NCBI GenBank assembly: GCA_963693365.1
Contig: CAVNZM010000002.1
Location: 62,001 to 126,000, forward strand
Source: Amoebidium appalachense
Taxonomy: Eukaryota > Protista > Ichthyosporea
DNA: 64,000 bases
Direction: 5' to 3'
Below the pieces are notes generated by a model. It made no database searches. It saw only the letters and a list, made by a program, of their open reading frames with translations, and was not told where the DNA came from. Position numbers and translations under genes: made by a program. Each line of letters begins with the position of its first letter. Position 1 is the first letter of the stretch. This document shows, piece by piece, positions 1 through 26,815 of this stretch.

Positions 1-344
1 CTGCTATCATCTAGTTACTTCCTAAACTAAATATACCACACAATTTGGGAGTAGTGTTTCAAGTGACCACTTAGATATGTGTGCCTTATAGTGGCTCAAA
101 ACTCTCAGTAAAGGCTCAGTGGATGGGTGTGGCATAGCGCCATAACACGTCTTTGATGCTATAATGAAGGGGGGCCCGGGGGCCAGGGGGGGGGGAGGGG
201 GAGGGGGGAGGTGGGGGGTGGGGGGGGGGGGGGGGGGGGGGGGAGGGGCCCAGGGGCCCGCGGCAGTACCAAGAACCAAGGCCATTGCGAAATCCGGGTT
301 AGTAAATCAACAGACCTTGCAATGTGCATGCTAAGGTCCTCGGA

Positions 345-396
<52 letters not shown>

Positions 397-1232
397 ACAT
401 ACCCACACCCACCCATGGCCACCCACCCACCCACCCACCCAATCTCCCTCCCTCCCCCCACCACCACCACCCATCCCGCGGCAAAAAGACAACAACAAAA
501 AAACAAAACTTGCGCCTGCGCCCGAGTCTTTGATCACCAGCAATAAGCTCTAAAGAGAAGGTCACCACGGTATGCTTGACCAGCTTTACTTTGTTCGATT
601 GGAAAACACTTGGCAATAGAGATATTTGGATGACCATCCGAAGGCAGGAGTTCAAAGTGGTGTCACCTGTACTAAGTACGTTCGTATGTATGTGTGAAGC
701 TCTTTGGGAACTTCAAAGTATTTCACATTTTGTCTGGTTCTAAGCAGGACGCTGCTTCCAACCCCTAGCAGTGCTGAGTATCACCACTCACGTTACACCA
801 ACGATGGCGACATCCAGCCCAGCGGACCGTGCACATCATGATCATGATCGACATTCAAGGTTCTGAAAGTGAATGCACAGACCGACGGAATGCGGTGACT
901 CACTGCCACGACAACAAACCGGGCTGCAACTATGGGGCCTAAAGGATATTCTGTGACTGTGTGGATTCCCTCAGATCCGCTCAGCCAGCCTAAGCCCCGG
1001 ATCTTGCGTCCGGACACACTGCCAGCCTGTGTTCGCCTACAGAGGCTGTGCACGTGTTGGTGCTCTCTCTCAGAGGCAAGGTGACTGAAACCCGCTTCAG
1101 AGAGCTAGGGGCACATTATAGCCACTTGAACACATATTTAGTTGCCAAGTTGCTGGAAAACGGGCAGCCACCGAGGGCGCCCCCATATTTATTGAATGAG
1201 CAGGACAGGCCATAACTAACGCCGGAACCTCA

Positions 1233-1343
1233 GAAGTTTACCCATACATACCGCAGCACAGCCCCAGGCTGCAAGTCAGCAACCACCTATGAAGTTTACC
1301 CATACATTCCGCAGCACAGCCACATGCCGTAAGTAAGCAACCA
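1233..1343. repeat. ~58-bp imperfect direct repeat, 2 copies, downstream of the PH-like gene
   Basis: gaagtttacccatacat(a/t)ccgcagcacagcc...agcaaccac occurs twice in tandem. Confidence 0.85.
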
Positions 1344-1400
1344 CAAAAACTTCGTGCATTCGAACATCTATCCCTGTCTATTTTTTTCCGCGCGTCTATA

Positions 1401-2276
1401 CTATTGTGCACACAGGCGTGCGCGCAGTGCCAGCTGCTGTGTGGCCAGCAGGTTGTTTTCCTCGACCAGTGCCTCTGTCATCCTCTGCATGTTAGCCACA
1501 AACAGGGCCCTCTCAGCTGCGTCCATGCCCCCCGCCACGTGCTCTATCTGCACGCGCAGGTCCTCTGTGGACCGCTGGCCCAGGTCCAGCTTCTGGAAGT
1601 GCCAGCGTCTGCTGTTGGCCTGCGACTGGTCGGGGCTGTCTGTGTCGCTGCTGAGGTCGCTGCTCTCTTCCTGCGCCCTCTGCTCGTCCCTGACTATGTC
1701 CTCGACCCTCCTGCGGCCTATCCACGCCACCTTCTTGCCGTAGCGGATAAAGGGGTTTTTTCTGAGCTTGGCCTCCCTCTCGCCCAGCGCCTGCGACCTG
1801 ACGCCCTGCAGCCTGCCCAGCAGCTCGTCCCTCTGCCGGTAGTCGCCCAGCCGCAGCGTGACGTCGCAGTCGGCCGTGACCACGTGCAGCTCGCAGTCCC
1901 CATGCTTGCGGAACACCCGTGCGTGGCTGATGTCTGCCCGCACCACAGCCTCGCCCCGGTGGTCGAGCAGCGCCAGGCTGTGCGCGTGCAGGTCCAGCAC
2001 GGCTATGTGCGGCACCCACAGGCTCATGCCCAGCGCCAGCGGTCGGTCCAGCAGCACATGCGTGGCCCACACCTCCTTGCGGGCCTGCCGCGGCACCACC
2101 TGCTCGGCCCACACACACGCAAACCCTGCCTGCACCTGCGTGTCCACGAGGGGCCGCAGACTGAAGAGGGACGCAAGCGCAGTGAGGGGGTTGGACGCGC
2201 GCCGTTCGGCCGTGCTGGGGGTGGGCTCGGTGGCGGTGTTGGGGGCCTGGGCCTCTAAAGGCACCGTGGCCGCCAT
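1401..2276 (-). CDS. Intronless ~291-aa protein with a probable PH-like beta domain and a C-terminal coiled coil; function unknown
   Basis: Uninterrupted GC3-rich, CpG-rich ORF; likely start ATG at 2276 (MAATVPLEAQ), stop TAG at 1401. The segment WVPHIAVLDLHAHSLALLDHRGEAVVRADISHARVFRKHGDCELHVVTADCDVTLRLGDYRQRDELLGRL reads as alternating beta strands ending in a helix, as in PH folds (inference). CCAAT boxes lie upstream (~2575-2605). Confidence 0.75.
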   Translation of the reverse strand: MAATVPLEAQAPNTATEPTPSTAERRASNPLTALASLFSLRPLVDTQVQAGFACVWAEQVVPRQARKEVWATHVLLDRPLALGMSLWVPHIAVLDLHAHSLALLDHRGEAVVRADISHARVFRKHGDCELHVVTADCDVTLRLGDYRQRDELLGRLQGVRSQALGEREAKLRKNPFIRYGKKVAWIGRRRVEDIVRDEQRAQEESSDLSSDTDSPDQSQANSRRWHFQKLDLGQRSTEDLRVQIEHVAGGMDAAERALFVANMQRMTEALVEENNLLATQQLALRARLCAQ

Positions 2277-4517
2277 TCTTAACAATTGTGGCTGCACTAC
2301 CAATAACCGGTGTGGGAAAAGGTGCAAAGTCTGCCTTGGCCTGCTTGGAGGCAGGAAGAACTCGGACAACGCTACGCTGTATGGCCAAATATGTAAGTTA
2401 TGGCTGTTGTGCACGCATATAGTCGCAATATGTATGCGTCTAGCTATTGTGTATGCCCTTCCCAGTCAAAGTAGAGTGGACTTTTCAGTTTCAAGCCTGC
2501 AGCGCAAAACTACGCAGAGTTTTGTTTACAGCCTAAAGTGCAGCACTGGGTGCACTAAAGTGGTGAGCACGGCACCCAATCAGAATGGTGCCCGGCCAAC
2601 CAATAGCATCGCTGCTTCATATAACGGCTCTCTCTCCTAGATCGGCTGCAAACACCGGTACCAGAATCTGATCAGATAAGGCACGGTAGGAAGACAGTGC
2701 AGCTCAGTGAGCAGAGGATTTGTGGTGTTGGAGCTTAACATAACTACTAAATATAAACAGTATACACAAGAGGCATAAAGTGTGGGGCAACTCTCCAGCA
2801 CTGTTCAATGATGGCCACTGGCGCCGCATGCATGTGCGGCCCACGTGCGCGGCTCAGCGGCGAGGAGCTCACTTCATCATAGTTGAGTGGCCAATGTCAA
2901 AATGCATGCTCGCAGGGCTATGATCTGCCTGCATGTCTACGGAGCACAAGCGTCAGTGAAGCACGCCGGGAACAAATTGTAAAAATACATATAAAATATC
3001 AATAGCGTCATTAAGACCTACATTACACATGGTGGGTGTTTTCTCTTCCGTAGGCTCACTTTCCTCACGGTGAGTCACGAAATTTGGTTGAGTCGACGTC
3101 GTACTGAAATTCCTGGAAATCAAACAGCCAATTGATGCGCGGAATTTCAACGACCACAAATTGCTTCCGACCACCAGTACATACTACATATGTAGGGGCT
3201 CAATTTTTTGTTTTGAGAAATCCATTCTGGTGAAATTTTGTGTCACAAGATTTTGAATAGAAGCAAGGTGTTTTCAAGCTGCCAAATGTCAGCAACAAAT
3301 GAATTTTTTTTCACAATAAATTGTTAAATAAGAGATATTGTGAATTATACAGCTATTTGACATTTCAATAGTATACGATATATATAAACAATTTTGGAAG
3401 CTTTTTGATTGTTGGTGCCCGCTTCTTGAACCACAGTACAGCTTGGAGGGGTGCAAAAGATCTGAATCGACTCCTGCCCGCAGCCCACCGTTCAACAGTT
3501 TCTTCTCACTAAGCTTAGCTCAGTACAGCAAGCAAAGGGCATAAATTTTTACGTCCTAAATAAGAGGGTTTAGGGTTGTTTTCGGTTATCGGTTATTATG
3601 CGCACATTACGCGACTGCACTAGCACACGTACTGCCGCAAACACCGTCATGTAGGGCTGTGATTGGTCATCATGTGGAGCCAATGGCCTTGGCGACCTTT
3701 ACACGTTATTGTATACCTGGATTCCTGAATTCACAAATATGAGCTGATACATACTTGTGTCACGCCCACCATACGCCCTATGGAGGTAGAAAACTATTAA
3801 AAATACTATTAGGTGACAACGTTATATATTTTTCCTTATTCTATCATTTTTAATGAGATCTAACAGCACAGACAAAGTCAAAGAGCGCATAGGAGTGATA
3901 CGACACCTCATGTGAACTTCCGCATGGGGAACTTCGCCCGGCTACACTTCCAGAAGCCGCTGCATACCAATTCGATATCACGATAAAAAGCGGAAGATTC
4001 AAATATTCCAGGTAACCGTTGCAAACAACATGCTGCATGCACATGTACACGTGCCATGTTAGCATTTACATACAGGTACACTGTACAGCGACTCACCTGT
4101 GAATGAAGTGCATGTGGTGCCTATGGCAGTGGGTATCTTCAGAAAGCTCTTCGACCTCTGTAAAATGCTGAAGATATATGTTCTTTGTACTGATGCACAG
4201 CAGTAGGGTGCTTTGTTTATCGTTTAAAGATACACTGGATACTGCCCTGTTTCATGCAGTACTTGGTGGCTGTACGCGTCGCAGAGGAAGACTTAAACTT
4301 GATACAAACCTGAATCGAGCTCTTCTGCGCCGCCTTGGGCGGTTTGGCCAGCCGTAATGGTGAAGGAGGTATGGGCTGTGGGTTCTGTTTCCCTGCGTGT
4401 CCAGCGAGCTCTGTTCCCTTTGCCCTACCTACCCTCCATATACATCTTTCTCCACCTACACTTCCCCCAATTTCCTTACCCAATTCATCTTCCGCTTTCA
4501 AACGAGTAATAACCGCT

Positions 4518-4575
<58 letters not shown>

Positions 4576-4736
4576 CCCCCCCCCCCCCCCTTCCTTCCTC
4601 CCTCCCTCCCTCCCTCCCTCCCTCGCCCCCTCCCTCCCTCCCTCCCTCCCTCTCTCTCTCTCTCTCTCCCCCTCTCTCCCTCCCTCCCTCCCTCCCTCCC
4701 TCCCTCGCTCCCTTCCTCCCTCCCTTCCTCCCTCCC

Positions 4737-4768
<32 letters not shown>

Positions 4769-5068
4769 TTCTCTCTCTCCTCTCTCTCTTTCTCTCCCTC
4801 CCCCCGTCTTCCCCCCTCTCACAACCCTCACCCCCTTCACACAGTCTTTCTCTCTTTTTAACTTTCTCCTCTCTTTCTCTCTTCCCCCCCCCCCCCCCCT
4901 CCCCCCGCTCCCCTCTCTTGATCTCTCGCTGTCTTCCTCCCCCTTCTGCATCTTTCTTTCTCTCTCTTTCTCCGCCCCTCCTTTCCCCACCCCCCGCACC
5001 CCTTCTCCCCGCCTCACACAACCACACACACAAACACAAACACAAACACACACACACACACACACACA

Positions 5069-5144
<76 letters not shown>

Positions 5145-5364
5145 TCTATCTATCTATCTATCTATGTACATATCTATATCCTCCCCCCCCCCCCCCCCCC
5201 CCATTTTCTGTTACCTCTTGCGTTCTGTCTGCACCCCCCCCCCCCCCCCCCTCCCCTCCCCCCCTCCCTTCCTCCCTATTCCCTCCCCTCCCCCCCCCTC
5301 GTGTTCCTATGATTATTTCTGCCCCCTCCCCCCCCCCCACCCCGGCCCTCCGGGACTCCCACCC

Positions 5365-5400
<36 letters not shown>

Positions 5401-5949
5401 CCCGTTCCCCCTTCCCGCTTCCGCCCTCCCCCGCTCAAACCACCCCCCACCCCCACCTTTTCTGTTTTTTCCAATAAACATTTCTCTCTCGCTCTCCCTT
5501 TGCTCGCCCCCCCCCCCCCCCCCCCCCTCCCCCCCCCCTCCCCTCCCCTCCCCCCCTCCCTCCCCCCCCCCCCCCCTCTCTCATTCGTTTCCTCTGTTTG
5601 TCTCTCTCTCTCTCTTCCCCCCTCCCCAACCCTCCCCTCCCTCCCCCGCTTTCCCATCTCCCTCCCTGAGAGCATGCCCGTCCTCCCTCCCTGGCTCCAG
5701 TCACTTACCCCCCCCCCCCAACCAACCACCACCCCGACCCTTTACAACATTATTTCTGTTCGAGTATTTGTAACCCCCCCCCCCCCCCCCCCCTTCTTCT
5801 AAACCATCCTGCTGGTTTACCCCCTCTGCTTTCACTCCTTTCCCTCCCTCTTCCCCTCCCCCCGTCCACCCTCCCAAACACCCCTTCCCCGATGCTGCCC
5901 CTTGTCGTTGCTTTTCTTCCCGCTCTCTTCGCACTCCTGTATGCCCCCC

Positions 5950-5982
<33 letters not shown>

Positions 5983-6260
5983 CACACACACAAACACGCA
6001 CACACACACATGCGAACCACCACAGCCGCCCCCACATGTCCATTTATGCATTTTTTTTTTCTTTTTGTTCTTTGCTCCATTTGTAAAGAGTGCCCCCCCC
6101 CCCCCCCCCCCCCCCTGTCCTTAGTTTCTGCTTGTGCTCAGCCTTGTGTGTGCCACATGCATGCTGGATTGTTTGCAGCCTTGGTGCCCTAGCACTAGTC
6201 GTCTGTCTGTGAGTGCCTTGTTCTGCCCCCCACCCCCACTGTGCCTTGCTTGATGCACAG

Positions 6261-18583
<12,323 letters not shown>

Positions 18584-18778
18584 ACGGTGCTAGCCACATG
18601 GATTTATTGTTTGCTGCCGGCACGTGCATAGTTTCCAATTATTAGCATGAATGTGATACAGTGAGTGCATGAATGCCCCCTGCTGTGTATGAAGCACAGA
18701 CATAGTTATGGGCTGCTGAAGTCCATACAACCGATCACTGCCCAGATACGCTGCTTCGTTTTTTAGTCTGTTCGTCTA

Positions 18779-18796
18779 TAGTCACAGCTCGATATC

Positions 18797-18832
<36 letters not shown>

Positions 18833-18953
18833 TGGTGACACTCCGGGGGGACGCTATATCGTAATGTTTCCGTGTTCAATTGCCCGAGGCCCCAAATCGG
18901 TGACATTGCGGGGGGGCGCTATATAGTGGGGGCGCCATAACATGCGGTGACTG
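18779..18953. mobile_element. Degenerate MITE (Tc1/mariner-pogo-like) between the convergent THADA and PMS1 3' ends
   Basis: Left end ta-TAGTCACAGCTCGATATCACCCC versus reverse complement of the right end CAGTCACCGCATGTTATGGCGCCCC; internal subterminal repeats ggggg(a/g)cgctatat. The TA target duplication is present only on the left. Confidence 0.55.
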
Positions 18954-18988
18954 CGTTAGTTGTTTGTAGGAGGTGGTAGGTATATGGA

Positions 18989-19268
18989 CTAATTATAGAT
19001 GGGGGCTGGACTCCCCTGGCTCAATCTAGTGCCGCCCATTGCTGCTGGCCTTCTAGTTGGTGCTATTTTGGGCAGAGGGCCAATGGGCATCAAGACGGCA
19101 TGGCCATGGGGGCAGGTGGGGGCCTGCATGGGGGGGCAGTGGGCCAGTAGATGGCTGACATCGGCCCGACTCAGTGGCTGACCCGACTCGGATAGGCGCT
19201 CCTGGGGGGATGGGAGGATTAGTTGGTATGTGGAGAAAAGATCTAGGCGATGTACGTGTGTGTGTGTG

Positions 19269-19318
<50 letters not shown>

Positions 19319-19590
19319 AGGGAATGCACGTCAAGAGCAGGATGCCTGTTGCATGCACAGGGACGTGCAGCATCTGTGAACACTAAACACACGGCTCGCT
19401 GTGTGCAATCAGGCACACGCAGGCAGCAAAGGTATGTGGAAGTTGAGGGATCACGTGCACATAAAACAAGGAACACGAGTGCATTCGTGTGTGCACGTGT
19501 AGAGGGGTGCAGTCACCCATGCATGCATGCACGTGCTAGGCACACACAGGCTTGCGCAGGATCATGATGGGCACACACACAAATACTAAT

Positions 19591-19634
<44 letters not shown>

Positions 19635-22600
19635 AGGTGCCCGTACCGCCTGGTGCCTGAGGTATTGTTCTATTTTCTTTGGCCGGGGCCATGGCGGCTG
19701 CATGTTGTGGCCGGCCAGGAGCTCTGCTAATGCACTTAGCACTCGGAGCATTCCCCCCCCCCCCCCCCCCCCCCCTTCCTCCCCCCCACTCACCCACCCA
19801 CCCTCCCAACACCACCACCACCACCACGTCCCACTACTCCTGTGCCAGATCCCTTCTCCCCCACCCCCCCACCCACCCAGCCAGCCAGCCACCAACCCAC
19901 CGAAACCTCCACCACAACCGATCACCCCTTTCCAGTGTCACACCACCCATCCCCACCACCAAACCGCAGCTCCCCTCCAAGCCACCACTACCAACAGCAC
20001 CACCCCCCGTTTCCCCCCCCTCCCCCCAATGTCCCACCGACCGCACCTCATTCCCCTCCCTCTTTCCCCCTGTGAAAAAGAAAAACACCACCATCCACCA
20101 GCACCTTCATCCCTGTCCTCATAAAAAATACTCCACGCACCAGCCCCCCCCCCCCCACACACACGCACCCAGTAGCTCCAGCAGGTCCTCTGGGCCAATC
20201 CCCTTCATGGCCCCACACACCCCCACCAGCTCCACCACTGCAGCCTGCCCTGGCCCCCCTGCAGCACGTGGTCAGTGGGCTGAACACATGGGGGGGTCTG
20301 ATATTTTGGTGCTGTGATGCATGTGGGGACATACTTGTCTGTGTTGTGCTTGGGGGGGTCGTATGCTCGTTTGTGTTGTGCATGGGGGGGTCACAAACTT
20401 CCACATCAGGGGGGGTCACCTACTTAGATGTGCATGGGGGTCACATAGTTCTATGGTGCATGTGGTCACTTCTGTGTTGGGGGTCATATATATGTTGTGG
20501 GGGGGGGGGGAGGTTGGAGGCATACATCCATGCTGTGCGTGGGGGATAACACACTTATATGTTCTGGGGTCACCTACTGCTGTAAGCCCTTATGTCGAAG
20601 CCACTGACCAGCAGTGGGTGGCTGGCTGGGTCGGCCCAGTGGCTAGGCCCAGGCAGCAGCTGCTGCAGCAGCCCATCATGGCAACCAAGGGTGCTGGCGG
20701 TGGAGGGTGAGGGTTAGGCTGGATATGGGCAACCACACCAATATGGGTGCACGTAACCCCCACACCAACATGGGTGCACATAACAACCACACCAATATGG
20801 GTGCACATACCCGGGGCCCAGGGGAATGGGCGCCGGCAGGGGGGCAGCAGGCAGGACCCTGCTGGTGGTCAGGCGTTGCAATGCCACGGTTTCTTCAAGT
20901 CTGCAGACAGGGGGTGAGGGTGTGTGTGTGCTTGCACGTGCCATGCATGTGTGTGCTTGCACGTGACAGGCATGTGTGTGCTTGCACGTGCCATGCATGT
21001 GTGTGCTTGCACGTGACATGGCATGTGTGCTTGCACACGCCATGCATGTGTGTGCTTGCACGTGACAGACATGTGTGTGCTTGCACGTGCCATGCATGTG
21101 TGTGCTTGCACGTGACATGGCATGTGTGCTTGCACACACCATGCATGTGTGTGCTTGCACGTGACAGACATGTGTGTGCTTGCACGTGCCATGCATGTGT
21201 GTGCTTGCACGTGACAGGCATGTGTGCTTGCACGTGCCATGCATGTGTGCTTGCACGTGACAGGCATGTGTGCTTGCACGTGCCATGCATGTGTGCTTGC
21301 ACGTGCCATTAATGTGTGCTTGTACGTGCCATGCATGTGTGCTTGCACGTGACAGGCATGTGCTTGCACGTGCCATGCATGTGTGCTTGCACGTGCCATT
21401 GATGTGTGCTTGCACGTGCCATGCATGTGTGCTTGCACGTGACAGGCATGTGTGCTTGCACGTGCCATTAATGTGTGCTTGTACGTGCCATGCATGTGTG
21501 CTTGCACGTGACAGGCATGTGCTTGCACGTGCCATGCATGTGTGCTTGCACGTGCCTTTGATGTGTGCTTGCACGTGCCATGCATGTGTGCTTGCACGTG
21601 ACAGGCATGTGTGCTTGCACGTGCCATGCATGAGTGGTTGTGGAGGTGCCCAGTATCATGCATGCTAATGGGTTATTGTGTGGGTGTGATGGTGCTATTG
21701 GCCACGCATGTGTTGTGCTCTGTTGTAAACTGCCGGCCCTACCTCCTCTGCCCGGCCACGTGCAGCATGCCGCCAGCCAGCACCACCCACAGGCCAGACC
21801 CAGCAGCCCCAACCACCCGCTGCCTTCCGCTGTCATCTGTGAACACACTGATCAGTGCTCCCGGAGCAGTAAGGGCGGGGGGGGGATAAAAGTGGGCTAT
21901 CATACCCATAAAGGGGACACAAGAAAGCAATCCATTCCAACCAAGGACAGCCAGGGGGGGGGGGGGAACCTTGCTGTGCCCTTGGCTGCTGCCATCTATT
22001 CTTGATGCGTGCAAATGAAAACCTAACGGTGGCCGTTGCACCCTCCACCCCTTCTGCCCCCACAGGCCCCTCTCTTGCCTTTGGGGCCACCACTATCGGT
22101 CTGGGTGGGTCCTGGGGCCTGGGCAGGGGTTTGACTTGGGGTGCCTTGGACTTGAGTTGCAGCCGGCAGGGGGGGGTCTTTACGTGCAATCGGCACAGTG
22201 TAAATGGGTCGGTCTGGGGGTCGGGATGGGGGCTGCAGGGAGAGGGGGGATGGAGGGTGGGGGGCTGGCACTGGGCGCCGGGCGGGAGGTAGAACGGGGG
22301 CAGAGGTAGGTGCAGGGGAGATAGGAGCTAGGGATGGCCGGTGGGGTGGTGGGCCTGATGGGGCCTGGGCTGGTGGGGGGGCTGCTATTGGTCCCCCTGC
22401 AGGGGCCATGGACCTCCCTGCAGGGGCCATGGACCCCTTTGCCTGCCTGGCCTCCAGCAGTCTGATGTGCTGCTGCAGGATGGGGGATGGTGCTGCACGG
22501 GTGGCTGCAGGGGAAGGGGGCCGGGCTGGGGGCAGGTCCAGGGGGGCGGGGGGGCAGGGCCTCTTGGCTGGGGGGCTAGCTGGGTGGCTGGCTGGGCGCT

Positions 22601-22814
22601 TACTGGCTGACGGCTCATTTTCTTTGCCCGGGGCCCTGGGAGGCGGGGCTGCCTGCTTGGGTGGGTGGGTGGCGGCTGGGGTCTGGGCAGAGAGGGTGGG
22701 GGCAGTCGGGGTTGGTGTGTTTGGCCGTGACCGTTTTGCAGGTGGCTCCTTGGGTGGGGGGGGGGCTGCAATGGCAGTCAGTTGGCACGGTCACGGCGCA
22801 CACGAACAAATACA

Positions 22815-22907
<93 letters not shown>

Positions 22908-25130
22908 GCACGCGCGCGCGCGCAGCCTACCCCCCGTATGCATCGCTGACTGCCTGTGTAACTGCCACCTCGACCAGGCCTGGCTCATGCAGCAGCACCA
23001 TGCTCTTGGCGGCATCCACATTCACTGCATGCACTGGCGTCAGCCCAAGGCCATGCTACAGCACCACATAAACCATATAACACTTCGTGCCCCATCCGCC
23101 CCTCCACCGCCAACCTCCTTTGTGTGCACACTGCCCCCCCACCCTTCAGGTATTATGGCCAGGGTGCTTACCGTCGTAGCTGCTTGGCGGCAGTGTGATG
23201 GACACAAAGATCACTCCATATCGGGTGCCTGCGGGGGTGTGGATTAGCACGTGTGCTGTGTCTTTTGATGTGTGATGGGGTGTATTGTGAGGTGTGCTTA
23301 TATGTTTTATGGTGTGTGCTTGGGTGTCTCATGATGTATGTTTGGGTGGCTGTTGGAAGATATTCGTCTTGCGATCACTTTTGCCTGGATCGTGTCTGTG
23401 CACACCCATGGTTGAATATTGACCGTGCTCTGAACGTCCCTAACTGTGCAAAAGGCAGGGTGGATAGGGAGTATGTTTGCATGCTGTGATTGCTTGCTGC
23501 ATGTGTGCATGTGTCCGTGCACGTGCCTGCCTGCACCTGCACATGTGGCTGCACCTACCCCCCGGGCAGCATGCCTCCACCACTCCTATGACGGCAGCAG
23601 CCAAGCCCTTGACCGAGACAGGCCTGCCATTGACCACCAGCACCACTTTGTGTGTGCGTGTGCCCTCCCCCCGTGCAGGCACGTACCCCCCCACGTGCAT
23701 GGGCCCAGCCTGCAGGTGCAGGGGCTGCATGCTGGCCCCCGCCTGGCTACCGTACAGCTGCCCGACAGCATCCTGCAGAGAGTAGAGGTCACGTGGCCAT
23801 ATATCTCCTTTGTGCCCTGTCTGGCTTACATCCTACCCCTATACATACAAATGCAAAAGTGCGGGCGCACACAGGCGCGCAAGCCATCGCGGCTAGGAAT
23901 GTGATATATCTTGGCAGCCATTGCATCTAAGCATGCATGTGCCCTAGTGTCCATGTGCATGTGTGTCTGTGCCTACCTTTAGCGTTGCTGCCCTTTGCTG
24001 GGTCAATGCATTGGTTCCGTCCCTTAGCACCCATCTGACGTGTGGCCGTGCCAGCCTGTATGCCCCCAGCATGTCCACTAGGGCCTTCCACTGCTTGCCC
24101 TGTGCCTTGCTGCCCTCCAGCCCCTGAAAACACAACAAGCATGTGAACATGCATATCATCATAGGCACACATATTCCATGTGACAGGCACACACAGATCA
24201 CAGGCACACATATATCACAGGCACACAGATCACAGGCACACAGATCACAGGCACACACACACCACAGGCACACAAATCTTGCAGGGGCACACACACCACA
24301 AGTGCTCACATAACACAGGTGCATGCCTCTCTTCTGAACACGTACGTCACAGGCACAACAAATGCGCACACAGGTCTGCTAGGCATGATGTGTATGAGGC
24401 GCACAAGAGTGCAGACTTCTGTCTTGATGATGTTAGCATATTCGTAAGCTGGCTTGAATATCCGCGACCCCCTCCCCTCCCCCCCCCCCCTCCGTGTTCC
24501 GCATTCAAACCCCCCCCCCCCCCTCCCCCCCCCCCCCCCCCCCCCACCACCAAAAAAAAAAAAAAAAAAAAAGTGTTATCATATTGTCGTTGGGTAAAAC
24601 TAAAGTATAAACGTCGAATGGATTAACTACAACTAGTATACAACTAAGACATAAGAAGAGAGGAATGCCCACACACACAAGCCTTGCTCCCCCAATTCTC
24701 ATGTTTCTTCAACTCACCGTCCCACATTTTTTCTCTGCTCTCTATCTCTTTCTTATTCCTCCCCAACCCCCATTCCCCCCTCCCCCCCTCCCCTCCCCCC
24801 ACACAAACACACACAGACAAACACACACGCACCTACCCACCTAGCCCCACCGACCCACCCACCCACCCGAACCAGCTCACCAACACTACCAATCCACATG
24901 CCGCAACCAATTCACACTCATTCCTCCTCCCCCTCCCCCCTCTTCCCTCCTCCCGATCACCATTACTCACCACCGCCAAGCACACAAGCTGCACACGTAC
25001 ACACACCCACACCCACACCCACACCCACACACCCACACACTTAATCACCCACAAGCACACACACCCACACACACACACACACACTCGCCCACACCCACAC
25101 CCACCCACCCACCCACCCACCCACGCACAC

Positions 25131-25180
<50 letters not shown>

Positions 25181-25401
25181 ACCCACACACGCACACACAC
25201 ACACACACACATGCACACACACACACTTAATCACCCACACACACGCCCACACACACCCACACACCCACACACCCACACACACAGGCCACCCACCTTCCTC
25301 CTCACAGGCAGCTTTGCAAACAGCCCCGTTACCACCACCGTTGTGCCTGTCTCACCTGCACTGGGCTGGGTGCTGTGCAGAGAAATGGAGGGGGGGGAGG
25401 G

Positions 25402-25435
<34 letters not shown>

Positions 25436-26522
25436 AGGGGGGGAGTTGGTTACTGGCACAAACGCGAATTTGTTATGCACATTTCTCTACACACCGTCAA
25501 ATATATCTTCATTTTAATCTCTTTCTTTTGCGTCTGGGGGGGGTAGGTGGATGGGTGGGTAGGAGTGGGGAAAAAGTATGGAGGCAGGGCGCGGGGGGAG
25601 GGGGAAGAGGGGCGGGCCGAGGGACTGAGGGCCGGGGGGGGTGGGGGGGGGGGGTCGTTATTCGAAGTAGCCATACGCTGGAAAACACAACCAGCATTCT
25701 AAGAAGGGGAAGGGGAGCGGAGGGAGGGAGTGCTTATATGTGCATGGGTTCTCGTGTTTTCCGCCTTCATCCCCCCCCCTCCCTCCCTCCCCCCTCCCCA
25801 CCCCCTCCCAAACCCGCCCCATGAGCCCACCTTGCCACTGCCCCATTTGCATCAAGCACGTATGTGGTGGCCACAGCGTCATCATCCGTCTTGGTGGTCA
25901 GGGATACCTCCCCCACAGCACACACTGAGTTGAGCCCCTCCCCTGTGGGCCGTGTCACCATGTGTGCCCTTTCGCTGTTGAAGAACTCAAACTAAAACCT
26001 TAAAACCTTCTTAGCCCCCCTGCCTGCACACAACAGGCATACACAGGCAAACATAAAAATGTGCACATATATAGGAACACACATGCACACACACACGTAC
26101 TGGATCGACACAGCTCTTTACCCACTCCCCATTCCCACACCCCGCAAACACAGTACAAGCACACTTTGACGTTCCCACGTGCACACACCCACATACGGAA
26201 CAAAGCAGCCCCCCGGCCACCCATCCCCCTCGCCCTTCACCCCCCAGCTCCTCCACCCCCCAAAAAGAAATAAAGCTATACACACACATCTAGGCACAAC
26301 ACACACACCACACCTACACACACATGCACGCACCCAGCACTCTGCCGCCGACAAAACTTACACATTAGAGTTGTCGCCTCCTTAGTTTCGGGTGTGCTTC
26401 GATATGTGCTTGCTATATGTGTATGAATGTGTGAGCTTGTGGGTGTGGGGGCATATGTGTGAACACGATATGGCTTTTTTTGTTTGGGTATCACGGATAT
26501 AGGTTTGCGTGTGTGTCTGTGT

Positions 26523-26589
<67 letters not shown>

Positions 26590-26767
26590 TGGCTGGGGTG
26601 TGCCTGAGTTGTGTGTGCACGCATCCACCTCTAAACCCGTATGTGGCCAGTTCATCCAGGTCGTCCATGCCTCTCAGCTTTGACGTGTAGTGCCGCAGTC
26701 CTGCCTGGCCCACGTGCTCAAGGGGTATGCCCCGCCCATTGTCCCGTACCTGCAACCCACCAGGCAA

Positions 26768-26815
<48 letters not shown>

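Noticed and set aside
540-1100. Possible coding fragment at the window start
   Set aside because: Frames are short or interrupted and match no family I recognise.
1404-2640. Long plus-strand ORFs antisense to the 1401-2276 gene (and antisense ORFs over the cyclin)
   Set aside because: Expected shadows of GC3-rich coding sequence; no recognisable protein features.
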